Made by a program: the position numbers and the translations under genes. From Stegostoma tigrinum (Eukaryota), in the NCBI RefSeq assembly GCF_030684315.1, contig NC_081380.1, forward strand, positions 38,682,340 through 38,746,339: DNA of 64,000 nt. The letters are read 5' to 3'. Position 1 is the stretch's first letter, and each line of letters opens with the position of its first letter. A model generated the notes under the pieces. The model was not told the origin of the DNA. It was given only the letters and a program-made list of their open reading frames with translations, and ran no database searches. Shown piece after piece: positions 23,155-36,678 of the stretch.

Positions 23155-23795
23155 GGAGACAATGGTCTAGTAGTATTATTGCTGGAATGTTAATCCAGAG
23201 ACCCAGATAATGTTCTGGGTTTGAATCCCGCCACAACAGACGATGAAATTTGCATTCAATAAATATCTGGAATTAAGAATCCAGTGATGACCATGAATCT
23301 GTTACCGATTGTTGGAAAAATCCATCTGGTTAGATTAGATTCCGTACAGTGTGGAAACAGGCCCTTCGGCCCAGCAAGTCCACACTGCCCCTTGAAGCAT
23401 CCCACCCAGAGCCATCCCCCTATAACCCACACACCCCTGAACACTGGGCAATTTATCATGGCCAATCCATCTAGCCTTCACATGTTTGGACTGTGGGAGG
23501 AAACTGGAGCACCCGGCGGAAACCCACGCAGACGCAGGGAGAATGTGCAAACTCTGCATGTGGAATCAAACCCAGGTCCCTGGCGCTGTGAGGCTGCAGT
23601 GCTAACCACTGAGCCACCGTGCCGCCCCATTACTAATGTCCTTTAGGAAAGGAAACTGGTCCTTACCTGGTCTGGCCTACATGTGACTACAGACCCAGTG
23701 CAACGTGGTTGGCTCTAAACTGCCCTCTGGGCAATTAGGGATGAACAATAAATGCTGCCTGGCCAGTGACATCCTCATCTCGTGAATGAGTAAAG
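23155..23795 (+). mobile_element. tRNA-derived SINE family B interrupted by an HE1-like SINE
   Basis: Head ggtctagtagtatt...gggtttgaatccc; body split at ccatctggtt|...|actaatgtcctttagg. Confidence 0.8.
23331..23626 (-). mobile_element. Full-length HE1-like V-SINE
   Basis: Reverse strand starts ggcggcacggtggctcagtggttagcactgc; V-domain present; ends gccgaagggcctgtttccacactgta..aatctaatct. Confidence 0.88.
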
Positions 23796-23809
23796 ATTTA
23801 GCGATAATT

Positions 23810-24030
23810 ACTGGCTAGAATGTGAGGGATAACATCACTTCTCCTGTTTATGATGTTGCCAAAGAGCAGATAGGGCCTCAGCTTTGCATAACAACCACAA
23901 GGCTACACCTCTGACAGTGCAGCACTGCTCTGGAGTGTCAGCCTAGATTGATGTGCGCTATGTTATAGCGTGGGGCTGGAACTGAACACAGGCTACTGAT
24001 TCAGAGTCAAAAACACTACACACTGAAGCC
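23810..24030 (-). mobile_element. SacSINE1-like DeuSINE 5' part
   Basis: acctctgacagtgcagcactgct..gagtgtcagcctagat...ctgattcagagtc...actacacactgaagcc (reverse of tRNA head and Deu domain). Confidence 0.6.
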
Positions 24031-25084
24031 ATGGCTAGAACTGAAAGAGTGGGTTACTCAGTGGAATTTCTCAGCGTTTTGTAAGTGCCACCCATATCCC
24101 CACAGAAGGGAGATCCCATACTGTGAATTGCTGCCTAAAGATTTGCAATAAATGTGTTTGAGTGTGTCCGTGAATGTTTGTGCGTGCGTGTGTGTGTGTG
24201 TGTTTGTGTGTCTGGAGGTTGGGGGAATGATGGTGGTGGATGATGCTAGATGGAGCCTCAGAGCTTCTAAAGCACAAGAGATTCTAGCTGGACTCTCTAA
24301 CTGGCACCGCCATTGAGAATCCATCCCGTCTCCACCTGCCTGAAGCACAAATCTGATCCAACCCGGTCCTTTTACCGTCAGTTTCCTAACTCGAGGTGTC
24401 AACCCCTGGGTAGAAACCAAGTCTCTGGAGCTGGGATTACTAATGAGACAGTGGCATTCAGAAGCAAGCTGGTTTAAATAGGACTTGCTTTGAAATAAAA
24501 GCTTCTGCAAATTCAGTGGCTCACCAGCTCCTCATTTTGATTCCAGTCTTAGAAGCTCCTTCCTAAATATACTGTCAGCCTCCCTTGTCCTTTAGACTGA
24601 ACTGAACTGCTGTGGGAAAAGCTATTTGAAGAAGTTTTTAAATGTGAGATGTGGTCATACTTGCCATTTGTAGATGGTGCTTTTTATTTGTTGTTAAGGC
24701 GATTGTTGCAGTGCAGTGGACTATTTACATGTGACCCGGTATTTTATTAAAACCTGGATTGCTGCGATAACAAAAGTTGTGTCTGAGGAATGTTTGGTTA
24801 CAGCTGAGGGGCCTTTTGTATCACCACAATAGCCACAGTTAATATACTCGGCTTGAGGCTTGTGTAGTAATTTTGTGAAGCTGAACAAGAGGAGACTTTG
24901 TCTGGAGCCTGAATATAAAGGAGGAATTGTAACATGTAATCCTTTTTGAAATCAGATCATTCTGGTGCTGTATGGAGACTCGGTGCAGGTTAAGCTGTTG
25001 TTGCTGAGAGGTGAAGGCCTATTAAAATATGAAACCAACAGTACGCAGGCAGCCCCTGAGATCTCTGCTGTTCCGCAGTTGAAT

Positions 25085-25195
25085 TCTGTTTCAGCAGCAA
25101 GAGCAGAAATTATTGGGAAAGCTCAGCAGGTCTGGCAGCATCTGCGCAGAGAAAGCAGTTAACATTTCGGTTTGAGTGACCCTTCCTCAGAATGG
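25085..25195 (-). mobile_element. Penelope-like family-B fragment with hammerhead-like motif
   Basis: Reverse strand: attCTGAGGAagggtcactcaaaccGAAAtgttaac...agatgctgccagacctgctgagc. Confidence 0.7.
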
Positions 25196-25504
25196 GTACT
25201 GTCTTTGGCTCTGCATTTGGGTAATTGAAAATACTCATCCTGTGTGCATATTCTTGGCTTCCCTGCTTTGTTTTCCCAAGTTCTCCAGTCATCCAAGGTC
25301 TCTGTCCTCCCTAATTCTGTGACTTCCCCCAGAGACCCCCTGCATGGCTCCAATTAGACCAGAAGACTGTAAGATTTAAGAGCAGCAAAAGGCCGTTCAG
25401 CCCATTGAGTCTGCCGTGCCATTCAGAGAGATCATGGCTAGTCTGATAAATTCTCAAGTCTATTTTCCTTCCTTAACCTTTTATTCCTTTACTGATTAAA
25501 AATT

Positions 25505-25785
25505 GGGACGGCACGGGGGCTCAGCGGTTAGCACTGCTGCCTCACAGCACCAGGGACCGCGTTCGATTCTACCCTCAGGCAACTGCCTGTGTGGAGTTTG
25601 CACATTCTCCCTGTGTCTGCGTGGGTTTCCTTCCACAGTCCAGACGTGCAGGCTAGGGTGGATTACCCATGGGAGTTGCAGGGTTACAGGGATAGGCTAG
25701 GGGTTGTTGGTGAGTCTGTGTGGCATGCTGTTTGGAGAGTGGGTGTCGACTAGGGCTAATGGCCTGTTCCCACGCTTGTAGGGAC
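25505..25785 (+). mobile_element. HE1-like V-SINE
   Basis: ggcacgggggctcagcggttagcactgctgcctcacagc...gttcgattc...ggagtttgcacattctccctgtgtctgcgtgggtttcc. Confidence 0.85.
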
Positions 25786-26669
25786 TCTCTTTAAAAAATC
25801 TAATGGCGAATCTAAATAAAATTCTGTTCGATCTGTCCCTGCAATTTTGAGACTGCATCATAGGAAGGACATTGAGATCATAAAGAGCATGTAATAGACT
25901 GACCAGGAGACTGCCCTGTATGAACAAATAAAGATTAATCCAATCTTGCTCAAGGCTTCTGCCTCTTCTGCTCCCAAGTTAATTAAGTTGCCCACTTAAA
26001 CCACGTCTGTATCTTTGTTTTAAAGACCTGCATCATTTAAGAAGTCAAATGGTCACAACAAGCTTTGATGAACCTCTTAATTACATCTTAATTTGCATGC
26101 TCTTTGCAAGTATTTGTATGTCAAGTGCTGAGAGATGTTTCTGAGTGATGTGGCGAAGAATCTTGATGAATCCAGCGTGTTTTGAATGTCCTTTCCCCCC
26201 ACCCCTGGCAGCCTTTTTTGATTGGAACTAAGAAGCACTTTGACAGCAAATTATTTAAGCAACAAGAGCAGATAACCTCATTGTAGACACTCACCCATGT
26301 CCAGGGGAGTGAACTGCTGTGGTTGTTAGGTGCAGATTGATGTCTGAATCCATCCTGTTGCAGATACCTCCACAGCTTCAGGCTTTTGCAGTCATGTTCT
26401 CCCCAGTTTTTTTCCCTATTTCCCATTCTTCCTGATGTACTTGTTTAACAGCGGGCTCCTGAGAACAGTGTCCACTCTTGAATTGTTTCTCTGTTAGATA
26501 AAAAGGAAAAGAATATTTTGTAATTATGTATCAACTTTAATGATCTCAGGACAACGTTGGAGGGCTTTACGTCCTCTGGATTGCTTTTGAGGCACAGTTA
26601 TTTTGTAACAGAGGAAATATGACAGGCAATTTGTGCACCACAAGCTCCCACAAACTGCAGTATAACACC

Positions 26670-27062
26670 GTAAGACATGGGAACTGAAATTAGGCCATTC
26701 GGCCCATTGGGTCTGCTCCGCCATTCAATCATGGCTGGTAAATTCTTCAAACCCAGTCTCCTGCTTTCTCCCTGTAACCCTTGATCCCCTTGATAATCAA
26801 GAACCTATCTACCTCAGTCTTAAATGCACTCAATGATGTGGTCTCCACAGCCTTCTGTAGCACTAAGTTCCATAGATTCACCACTCTCTGGCTGAAGAAG
26901 TTTCTCCTTATCTGAGTTCTAAACACTCTTCCCTTTACTCTAAGGCTGTGCCCGCGGGTCCTAGTCTCTCCTACCAGTGGAAGCATCCCCAACATCCACA
27001 CTGTCCGGGCCATTCAGTATTCGGTAAGTTTCAGTTAGATCCCCCGTCATCCTTCTAAACTC
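26670..27062 (-). mobile_element. CR1-type LINE 3' end (relatively intact)
   Basis: ORF 26747-27013: GETRTRGHSLRVKGRVFRTQIRRNFFSQRVVNLWN..QKAVE. Confidence 0.88.
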
Positions 27063-27669
27063 ATGATAAGAACCAGATCATCTTTTTCAATACTTGGGCT
27101 TGATTGAGCCACATGTTGGCCAGAACCTTCAGAAATTGGAGTTTTGAAATTAATGAGAGCAGGATGTTCTTAACAACAAAATGGTGTTTCATTTTTGCAC
27201 AGTGTGACAAAATCATGTTCTTTGTCTTAAAGGAAAAGTTACCTCTGATTCCGCTTCTTGAGATGTTTAGTTATGGATGTGGGAATATTCAATGAAATTT
27301 TAATGTCGAGGAAACCAACAGAGAGACTACTATAGCTCCTGGTCTATTCTCCAAGAGTCATGTTGCCTCACTGTCATGGTACCTCAGAGAGTTGCAATAC
27401 CTCACGGCCTGTCTGCCTCACGGTCTGTCTGTCTCAGGGTCTGTAAACTAAATAAACAATTGAACATAAGTAGTAGGGAAAAAAATTCTTTGAGCACTGT
27501 TTGAAGCAAAATCACAGCCACATTCTTTATTGACCAGAATTAGTGTTTGTTAGAATAATGTTTGCAGAGGATTTTGTTCACTCCCTCCCACTGTTGACAA
27601 AGGGCATGCCATCACTTCGATAAGACAAGTTAGTTGTAGCTCCTCTCTGAGCTCTCGTTTTATCCTGCT

Positions 27670-27990
27670 CACACAGTGGTATCATGGAATTGTTATTAGG
27701 TTAGTAACCTAGAGGTCATTGCTAGTGCTTCGTGGACATGCGTTTGAATCCCACTAAGGTTAAATTTAGTTTCAGTTAACAAATCGTGAAGATAAAGCCA
27801 GCTTCAATGATGAAGCCATCACTGTTTGGTTGTAAAAAAAAAGTTGGTTCATTATTGTCATCTAGGAAAAGAAATCTGCCATCGTTACCTGCCTCCATGT
27901 TACTCCAGACTCTCAGCAATATGGTTGACTCTTAGCTGCCCTTGAGGATGGACAATAAATGATAGTCTTTTCATTAATGCTCTTGTCCTA
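27670..27990 (+). mobile_element. Degenerate SINE family B
   Basis: gtttgaatcccac...ggttcatt..gaaatctgcc...actccagac...acaataaatg. Confidence 0.55.
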
Positions 27991-29999
27991 TTTTGTTCCA
28001 ATGGCATGGAGTCTGTAGGTACCTTGAATCTGACCTATCCTGAGTGGTGTGGAGTTGAGAGAAAAGTTGCAGAAGGAACATCATTGGCCTGAACCCAAAC
28101 TTGTTGACTGTTCTTCTGCAATAGTTGAGAATTGGACAGAGGCTGACAGGCTCTTGTGCTTCCTAAGACATCTGGGATATATTAGCTCAGGTTGAGTTGG
28201 CCTACACAAACTCAACGATGGATGGTTTTCACTGTGATCAACATCTTGTCTCTTAGTGGGAAATGGCGCTCCATAAATTCCAATCTTTAGTCGGTGCTTG
28301 CCCCTTTAGGAGGAAGCATTTGGAGCCTGGAGGGAGGTTGAATGAACTCAGCTTCTCCCAGTAAAAGGCTACAGGTGTGTTTGGAAATATTGATCCATTT
28401 TCTCAGATCAGGTTCTGTAACGGTGTTTTAAGTCTGATCGCTTCACGTGGTAGACGAGGCGGGAAGCCAAAACACAATTTTGGAAGTCACCTGGAACTGA
28501 GAGTAAGGGCTTGCAAAACTGTTGTGTTTATTGCATAATCTAGAAGGTAGAAATTATAAGCTTAAATTCTATTAATATGATAATGGGTCAGCTGGTGCTG
28601 GGGAAAAAGAAATGACCGAAGCAACAGAGGAACAGAAGCGGGCCAGTCAGCCCCTCAATCCTGTTCCACCATTCAGTGAAGGCAGGGTTGATCTGCGCCT
28701 AACTCCATATACCTGCCTTTTGGCCCTTAATACCTTCTTTTACAAAAATGTATTTCTCTCTGATTTAAAATTAGTAATTGATCTTGGACGAAACACTATT
28801 TGTGGAGGTGAGTTCAGGGGTTAGGTGCAGTATAAACTGACTGGTCTGTACACTGTCCCATCAAACACTGTATATGGGATGGAGACCTTCATAAATAGAA
28901 TGATCTGAGGGCAGGATAAAGAAACTGTTTGAAAGACACGCTGAAGCTCTCCTTGAATCACGGCAGCTTTGACATTAGTGGCTGGGGGTAGGGCGAGGGC
29001 ATTTGTTAATAACTGTTCAAAATGGCAGCAGTGTGAGCATCAAACTGCATCACTTTTTGCCTCACTGTTATGGCATTTGCACTTGGAATGGCAAGAGAAA
29101 AGAAAAGACACAGCAGCCCTGAAATCTGGACCTCACTACCCCAAGGGTCATCCCCACAAAGACTTTCCTACCCTACCCTACCAGTGACCTCCATCTTCCA
29201 TATCCTTCACTCTTACTTTGGTGTTGCACAGGATATACAGCATGGAAGATCCAGCCTAACTCATCCTTCCTTATCTAACTCCCATCAGAGTAACCTTCTA
29301 GTCCCTTCTCCCTCATAGGTGTATCTGTACTGTCCTTGAGAGCATATTCACAATATTTGCCTTAGCCATTCCGGTAGTAATTATCACATCCTCACCGCTC
29401 TCTGGGAAAAAGATGCTTCTTCTGAATTCCCTGTTTGATTCCTTGGTGACTATCTATATATCGATGGGTTATAGTTGTGCCCTTCTGCACAGATGGAAAC
29501 GATCTGTGCCTCTCTATTGTAACCTCGATTATATATGGATCCACAGGGCTCCTGACTGTGTTGCCTAGACACTGAGTTCTAAAAGGCTAACCAGTCATAC
29601 AGGGTGTCACAGCTGGGATCGGTGATGACTTCATCCAATGATCCAGTCACATTTCGTTACCAGCACAGGTCAGTGGACAGTCATTCAGAGAAGGCACCCT
29701 GACTGATTCTGTTCCCTGTCAGCCCTTAATTATAACAGCCTTACCCTGCGATCAGCTAACTCAGCACAGGAGAGGTATTGATCCTGGGCACTACTGCTCT
29801 GCATTTCTATTCATCAAACAACGCATCTTATTGCTTGCAGTTTACTTGCCTTTTAAAAACCATGGGCCCATGTGAATTATCCACTGTCCTTATTATATAA
29901 ATGAGAATGTGACGTCAGTATTTCAGAGGCTGAGAATGGTGGATGGGACATTTATTTCGATGAAGCTGCCATTCCAGTGGTGGTCAGGACATACGTACA

Positions 30000-30420
30000 C
30001 TTCCTGCTCTGCTTTCTTGCTGCCTCTGACCTGAACTTTGGTTCCCACTTCCCTCCCACAGGATCCAGGCCTCTGTGTCTTCAGCTACAAACTCCTGCTT
30101 CTTGCTATCCTTCTCGTTACTGCCCACTTTCTTGCTTCTCTCCCTCTGCTTTCCATTTTCTGCCTGACTGTCTCATTTTCGCCCTCCGCCATCACTCCTG
30201 CTATCCTATAACCCCTCTCCTCTTCTTCACTGCTGTCTTCCTCTCAATCTTATGTTGCCTTCAGCTTCTTCTGTCTCCCTCCCGCTCCCCCCACTCTCTC
30301 CTGCTCTTCTTCCTCATTCCCACATTCCTGCTGTTCACTTTATCATTCCTACTCTGCTGATCCCTTCCCTGTCTGGTTCCCACTATCCTCACGTTCCTTA
30401 TTCTCCATGCTCCACTCAAC
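30000..30420 (+). repeat. Pyrimidine-rich low-complexity tract
   Basis: Strong C/T bias without a clear unit. Confidence 0.6.
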
Positions 30421-31479
30421 ATGATGCCAACCTCAATCTGAGCCTATCGAGTGAAAGGAAACTGTACAGTTACTGAAAATAAATATGTTGCAGTTATTTT
30501 CTGAGGTTCTTTATGACCTATTTTGGGATACGGTGCCTGGTAATTTTTAAAAAAATGTATAGTTCCTATCTGTGTGGGTAAAATAAATTTTCCTCAAAGC
30601 CTGTTGGAATCAGTTCCTACAGAACCAAATAGTAGGGCCTGCAGTAATGATTTCATCAATTCATACATCAGGCTAAAATAAATCAGACGGTAAGCTGTTG
30701 TCCTGGCCCCAGGTCTGTGCAGTGAATATTGTCATCTTAAGGATGGATTTTTGAACAGATCTCAGGACCGTGAGTGAGAGGGTTTAATTTGTCACTTCTC
30801 AACTGGCTGCCCCTGATGATTCGGTTGGAGTTAATTTCTTCCCTGTAGCAGAAGTGCATATCTGATGCCTGGGACAGCGAGTGACCTCCCTCAGTCCTGC
30901 AACACCCTTGGGGTCTCTGCTCACCCTCAACTCCAACTTCATTTGCATCCCTGAACTGAAACTATTGCAGCTCTTGAGGCCATGTTCTCCCCATGAAGAC
31001 TGGGCTGGAGGTGGAAGGCTGAATAAAGTAGGGATTGTACAGGAAGGCAGGATTGGGTTTATTGGGACAGGAGGGGAGGCCATTTGATCCATTACTCCAG
31101 GCCATTTGAGCCTGTTCCATTACTCCGGGAGGCCCTGACTAGCCACTGCCCAATGGCCCTTTATCTGTTTTGATTAAAAAATCGTTCAGACACTGACTTA
31201 AAATGAAGACTTGACCAGTTGTTGCTTTGCGAACTTCTTTCAGCTTTTGTATGGAGAAGTATTTCCTGATTCTACCCCGAAGCCTCAAGCTCAGTGCCTC
31301 CTAGGCCCTCAAACCAAGAGAAGTCATTTCTCTATCTAACCTCTCTGGTTATATTGAAAACACCAATTACGGTTAACTGACTAAACTTGATGGAATACAA
31401 CTTTACATTTTGGAATTTCCCCACCATAATTTAACTCTTGGTGTTCAAGCACTATTCTGATGAGTTTGCCCTGTCCTTT

Positions 31480-32235
31480 TTTTTTGATTTGATTTATTAT
31501 TGTCACATGTAGCTAAGTACAGTGAAAAGTTTTGTTTTGCGTGCTGCACAGTTAGATCATACCACACAAAGATTATAGGGTGATTGAACAGAGCGGGGAT
31601 TACAAATTTACAGCTGCCAAGAAGTTGCACAAAAAGCAAGATCAACATTAGGCCTGAAGTCTGAGAGGCCCATTCAGATGTCTAATAACAGCGGGAAAGA
31701 AGCTGTTCCATAACTGGTTGGTGCCAGTGCTTAAGCTTTTGTATCTTCTGCCTACCAGGCTCGGAGGGGTCTTTGCTGTTGGCTGCCTTTCCAAGGCAGT
31801 GAGAAGTTTAGATGGAGTCAATGGATGGAAGGTTGGTTCGTGTGATGGACTGGGTTGTGTTCACAACTCTCTGTAGTTTCTTATGGTCCTGGGCAGAGCA
31901 GATACCATACCAAGCTATGATGTATCCAGATAGCATGCTTTCCATGGTGCAGCTGTAAATGTTGTTGAGGGCCTTTATGGACATGCTGAATTTACTTAGC
32001 CTCCTGAGGAAGAAGAGGTGTTGTTGTGCTTTCTTGACTGTCGCATCAATGTGGGAGGACCAAGACAGGTTGTTGGTTATTGTCACTCCTGGGAACTTGA
32101 TGCTCTTGACCCCTTCCACCTCTGCTCCATTGATGTAGATATGGCCATGTCCTCCTCCTTGCTACCAGAAGTTGATGATCAGCTCTTTAGTTTTGCTGAC
32201 GTCGAAGGAGAGATTGTTATCTTCGCACAACACCA
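31480..32235 (-). mobile_element. Rex1/Babar-type LINE 3' fragment (RT C-terminus and 3' UTR)
   Basis: ORF 31808-32119: KFPGVTITNNLSWSSHIDATVKKAQQHLFFLRRL...ESMLSGYIIAWYG..SAQDHKKLQRVV; tail ...gtgacaataataaatcaaatc. Confidence 0.8.
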
Positions 32236-32789
32236 TTCTTTCTCTGCGGCCATTGGATCCTTCCTAAGGGGAGACCTGAGACTTACTCCTAGTGCTACAG
32301 GGTTGGTCTGACCAAGGGCTTGTGCCACTGAAGTATAATTTCTACCTCGTTAAATTCTTTTCTTGCACCCTGTTAAAACAAGTCACATTTTGCCAAAGCT
32401 TTTCATCTCTTACTCATCAGGACAATTCACAACAATACCAATCCAGGGGGAAAGTCAGAATTCATACTGCACGAGACGAGAGTGCTGATTAGTTGGCAAG
32501 TGGACTCTAATTGGTAGAGGCTTTGCAATGAGCACAGACTCATTAATGCTGATTGACAGTTAACTGCCAACTTTTATTTTAACTGTAAATCTGATGTTCC
32601 AGAGAAATTAACCTGCGAATGGCTGCCAACTATATTGTTGATTTGAGACATAATGCATGTGAATATTCTTTCTGTCTGCAAAGATAAGGGGCCTGTGTAC
32701 TAATATGTAGCTTCCAGTCCGTACATATGTACCACACTGTCAGTGACTGGTAACCCTAACTTGGTTGGCAGCATAATCCTTTGTACATT

Positions 32790-33145
32790 GCCAATGTCAA
32801 AGCCAACATATCTAGGTAGGCAGGGTAGCTGTTTCTCCCACTTGTGGACTGTAGAATCAGAGGACACAGTTTCAAAAAGAGGGAAAGCCCACGTACAACT
32901 GAGTTGCAAAGAAATTCTTTTACTCTGAAGTTTGTGAATCTTTTACTCCAGAAGGGTGGAAAGCTCAGTCATTGAGTATCTGTAAGGGAGAGATTGACAA
33001 TTTCACAATACCAAATATATAAAAGGAAATGGGGATTATTTAGGGAAAAGACACCGATGTGGATCAGCAGCCCTGGTGGCATTGAATGGCACAGCAGGCT
33101 TGATGGGCTGAGTGGTCTACTTCTGCTCCGATGCTCCTGTGGTCT
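32790..33145 (+). mobile_element. Degenerate CR1-type 3' fragment
   Basis: tcagaggacacagtttc...tttgtgaatc...ggatcagc...ttgaatggc...gggctgagtggtctact. Confidence 0.55.
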
Positions 33146-33199
33146 TTTTGCTCACTCTTCTCTATCTTTTCAGGACATTTTAATGATATGCATTCTTAG

Positions 33200-33760
33200 A
33201 CCCTGAAACTTCTCTGTACCTGTATCGACTCTAGATTTTCTACAAAGTACTTTCTTCTGTCTTATGTGCGTCGAAATTCGATGATGTCACAGTTTCCAAC
33301 AATAAAATATGCTTGCTACAATTTTGCCCAATCACTGAAACTTTTTCTTTTGAATGCAGTTCTTCCAGTTACGTGGCATACGATCCTGTCCGTTGTGTCA
33401 TTGGCAAATTTAGGTTTGTGGCTTCAATTGTTGAAGTCATTAATAAATATGGTGAACAGTTAAAGCCCAAACATGTCCTTGTGGAAACCGTTAGCCTGTT
33501 TGTATCAATCAGAGGACTTGCCCACTATCCTTACACTCTGTCAGCTGTCGTTCAGCCAGACTCTTATCCAGGTCAGTATTTTAACTTCAGTAACATGAGC
33601 CACAACTTTAGCACACTGTCTCCGACAAAGGATTTTATCAAATGCCTTCCAGAAGTCAATTTAGCTAACATTGAGAGACATTGACCAGCCTACCACTTCA
33701 GTCTCATTTTCTAAAGATTCATGGAAAGCCATCAGGCATGGCCAGTCCTTTGCATCTATC
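33200..33760 (-). mobile_element. Ancient CR1-type reverse-transcriptase core fragment
   Basis: Minus strand gives decayed DF.KAFDK (~33632-33657), PQG..LG..LFTIFINDF (~33432-33486) and KFANDT (~33394-33411) motifs. Confidence 0.65.
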
Positions 33761-34149
33761 TTGCAACCAGCAGAAAGTGTTCTAGGTGTTCACTGGCCCT
33801 CTTGTGACAAAGTAGCAGTGCCCAGGCCTCTGGCCTAAGGGATTGGGTTCAAAGTCCCACCTAGCCCAGTGTGTAGTAACATTGTTGAGTGGGCTGGTTA
33901 GAACATATTTCTAGGTGTCCAGTCACACTCTCTTCAGTTAGAGACTGATGTAGTTGCGTGACAACAGATGTTGGGCAAACTGGTCTACAGTCCCCTCTTT
34001 CTTTAATAACAGTGTGTTTGGGGGGAATTGGGGGAATGGAGAATTTTCAGAGAGTTTTGTGGCCCGGTGGTTGGTAAGAGTAGGACAAGGTATTGACATA
34101 TTATTCGAAGGGTAGAGCAACAATGATCAAATTGAGGAGTTGCTGGAAT

Positions 34150-34465
34150 GGCAAGCATAATAATAGACGAGCACTGGGGCGATGGCAAATGGGACTTTGG
34201 GATGAGCTTGGATATGGGCAAGAGAGTTTCTGGAGTGCTGATATTTACCGGGGAAGAGAAGTGGATGGCTGAGAGATGGGAAGAGCCTGCTGTAGAAGGA
34301 TGAATGGACAGCTGCTGAACAGAGGCAGGGGTGGAGATGGATGATGCTACGGAGGTGGAAATAGGTAGAGTTTTGGAATGAGGAGGATATGGGACCAGAA
34401 GCTCAGTGCAGGGTTTGATCCAGGTTTGAGCAGCAATCGGAGGGAGGGGTGACGTTGACACTGGG
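34150..34465 (-). mobile_element. Degenerate L2-type LINE fragment
   Basis: Minus strand ctatttccacctccgtagcatc...ctccacccctgcctc resembles YFHLRNI..L.PCL of L2 ORF2. Confidence 0.45.
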
Positions 34466-36553
34466 AAAGGCCAGTGCCCACTCTGAATGTAACAGAGAGA
34501 AAAGCGGCAAATCAGAGAGCTCCTCTTGATTTTACCGCTTCCAATGAATGGAGATATCTAATTAATTAGGAGCAGTGGTGTGTCTGCTGACAACAGGCAG
34601 AGCCGGGGGAATGATCTGGGAGCTCAGTAAGTTGTACCTTGGCAGCCGGAATGTGTTTGCTCAATTCAGATGTGTTCTCTCAACTCCTAATTCAAAGCAC
34701 ACCTTTTCAACTGTGTCATAGGATTAGGCTTACATTTATCCCTGAGGGAGTGCCGGTTCTTGAGTAACACACAAAGATCTTCTATTTAATTCTCAATCAG
34801 GGTGTTCAGCACATGGATCGGAGGGAGGTGTTCACCTGGTAGTGTGAGCTGGGAAGTGTTAACTTGGCAAATTGGGCAAGTGTCCCATCAGACCCAGTTC
34901 CCACACTCGACTAAATACGACAAGGGGCTTTGAAGCAGCAACAGGAGTACTCTTGACAGTGTGCTGAGGTGACTGGGGTAGACTCGCTCTTGTGTGAATG
35001 GTGCTACAAACAGACAAGAGGATTAAATCAGGCTGAGTTGCTGTGTGTGAGTGTTTTTAGTATGGGATCTGCACATTCCTGCATATATTACCCAGCAAAC
35101 AGTTAAGAGTCAACCACGTTTGCTGTGGGTCTGGAGGGTCATTAGGGCAAAAGGTTTCCCCTCTGTGTAGGGCATTAAAGAAACAGAGGGGCTTTTTTAT
35201 TTTAAAATGTGACAATGGTCACCAGCAGGCTAACTTTTCAATTCCAGGTTTTTATTGAATTCAGATTTCACCATCAGCTATGCTGTGATTTGAAGCCATG
35301 TCACCAGAACATTAGGCTGGGGTTCTGGATTACTGAGGCAGTGCCTTGTGCTGGTGTGCCACTTGTATTTCACAGCGCTCCAAAGCCCAGGTCACGGCAG
35401 AAGCACCAACATTGGGTAACTCTGAGCAGGTGGTATCTGTGGCCTCTTTTTGAGCCAGGCTGGAAGTTCTGGGAACATGCGGCTGCTCACTGGCACAGAC
35501 CAGCTTCCTATTCGCAGGCCTGACTGGGTCCAATTGATGGGAATTTTATTGAGGTCAGGCAATTATTAGCTGGGAAGCAAACAGTCATTAAAACGTTTAG
35601 TCACATCTTTCATCAGCAAAGACATGATGGCTTTGTGAGGCACTGGGCTGGAAACCGTAGTATTCTTTGTGAGGATGAAGGCCTGAGGAATGCGTGAGAA
35701 TTGTTAACCCTTTATTGCACGCTGCCCACTCACTGAACATTTAAGAGCTGGTAGGGGAAGCCAGTTCCTGTGAAAGCGTACAGGAGTAAGTGTTGAGAGT
35801 TTGGCACCTGACAGTGCTGAGTTACTGGATGGTCATCTCCAGTCTCTGTGAGAATTACATTAACCTGAAGGTAAGTGAATGTGGGCTGTCTCAAAATCCA
35901 AAAGCTGATGGATCCACAACACAATAAGACTCCAAAATGATTGGCACAGTGTTTCACAGATTTCATGGTATTTGCACAATAGGTCTAAATTAATGCTTCC
36001 AGTTCACAAGGCCTACTCTTAGCGAACTTCACCAATATGTCGTTTTATCTCTTTATTTACTTACACGGCTCTCCTAAAATGTTGTCTGTTATCACCACGT
36101 TGTAGATCAGCAAGTGCTACAGTCTCTCTCTGGTAAGGAGTGTTTATTCTAAGACAAACTAGTCTCTATTGCCTAGTTTTGAACTTCACTGCACCTTCGA
36201 TGTCCCCCCTACTAAACCCCTTCATAATTTTTAATGCCTCTATCAAGATGCCAGTCTTTCCTCATGAGAGGAAAGAGATCAAGTCTCTTTATTCTCTCTC
36301 TCAATTGTTATATTCTTTTCAGCCTTAGTATCGCCCTCTCCCATGTCTCTGTACCATCCATTGCCCTTGGGAAGGTTTGCTGACTCATCTCAGAGAGTAG
36401 TTAACAGTTAACCACATTGCTGTAGGCATGAAGTCACACGTAGGCCAGACTGGATAAAGCTAGCAGATTTCTTTCCCTAAGAGGCTTTAGTGAACCAGAT
36501 GTTCTGTGCAATAATCCTTATCCACCATCACTGAAACCAGCTGTTTTCTTCTC

Positions 36554-36655
36554 GAGAGATTTCTGAAGGGCGATCCCGACCTGAAACGTCAGCTTTCCTG
36601 CTCCTCTAATGCTGCCTGGCCTGCTGTGTTCCTCCAGCTCCACATTGTGTTATCT
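36554..36655 (+). mobile_element. Penelope-like family A single arm with 13-bp TSD
   Basis: Exact ctgttttcttctc at 36541-36553 and 36656-36668 flanking ctgaagggcgatcccgacctgaaacgtcagctttcc...tgttatct. Confidence 0.8.
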
Positions 36656-36678
36656 CTGTTTTCTTCTCAAGTCAAGGT

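Noticed and set aside
31808-32119. Functional reverse transcriptase gene
   Set aside because: 5'-truncated ~750-bp Rex1-type fragment with no complete RT or endonuclease
32440-32745. Possible additional unclassified repeat
   Set aside because: It looks repeat-like, but there is no second copy in the window and no termini or TSD I can demonstrate
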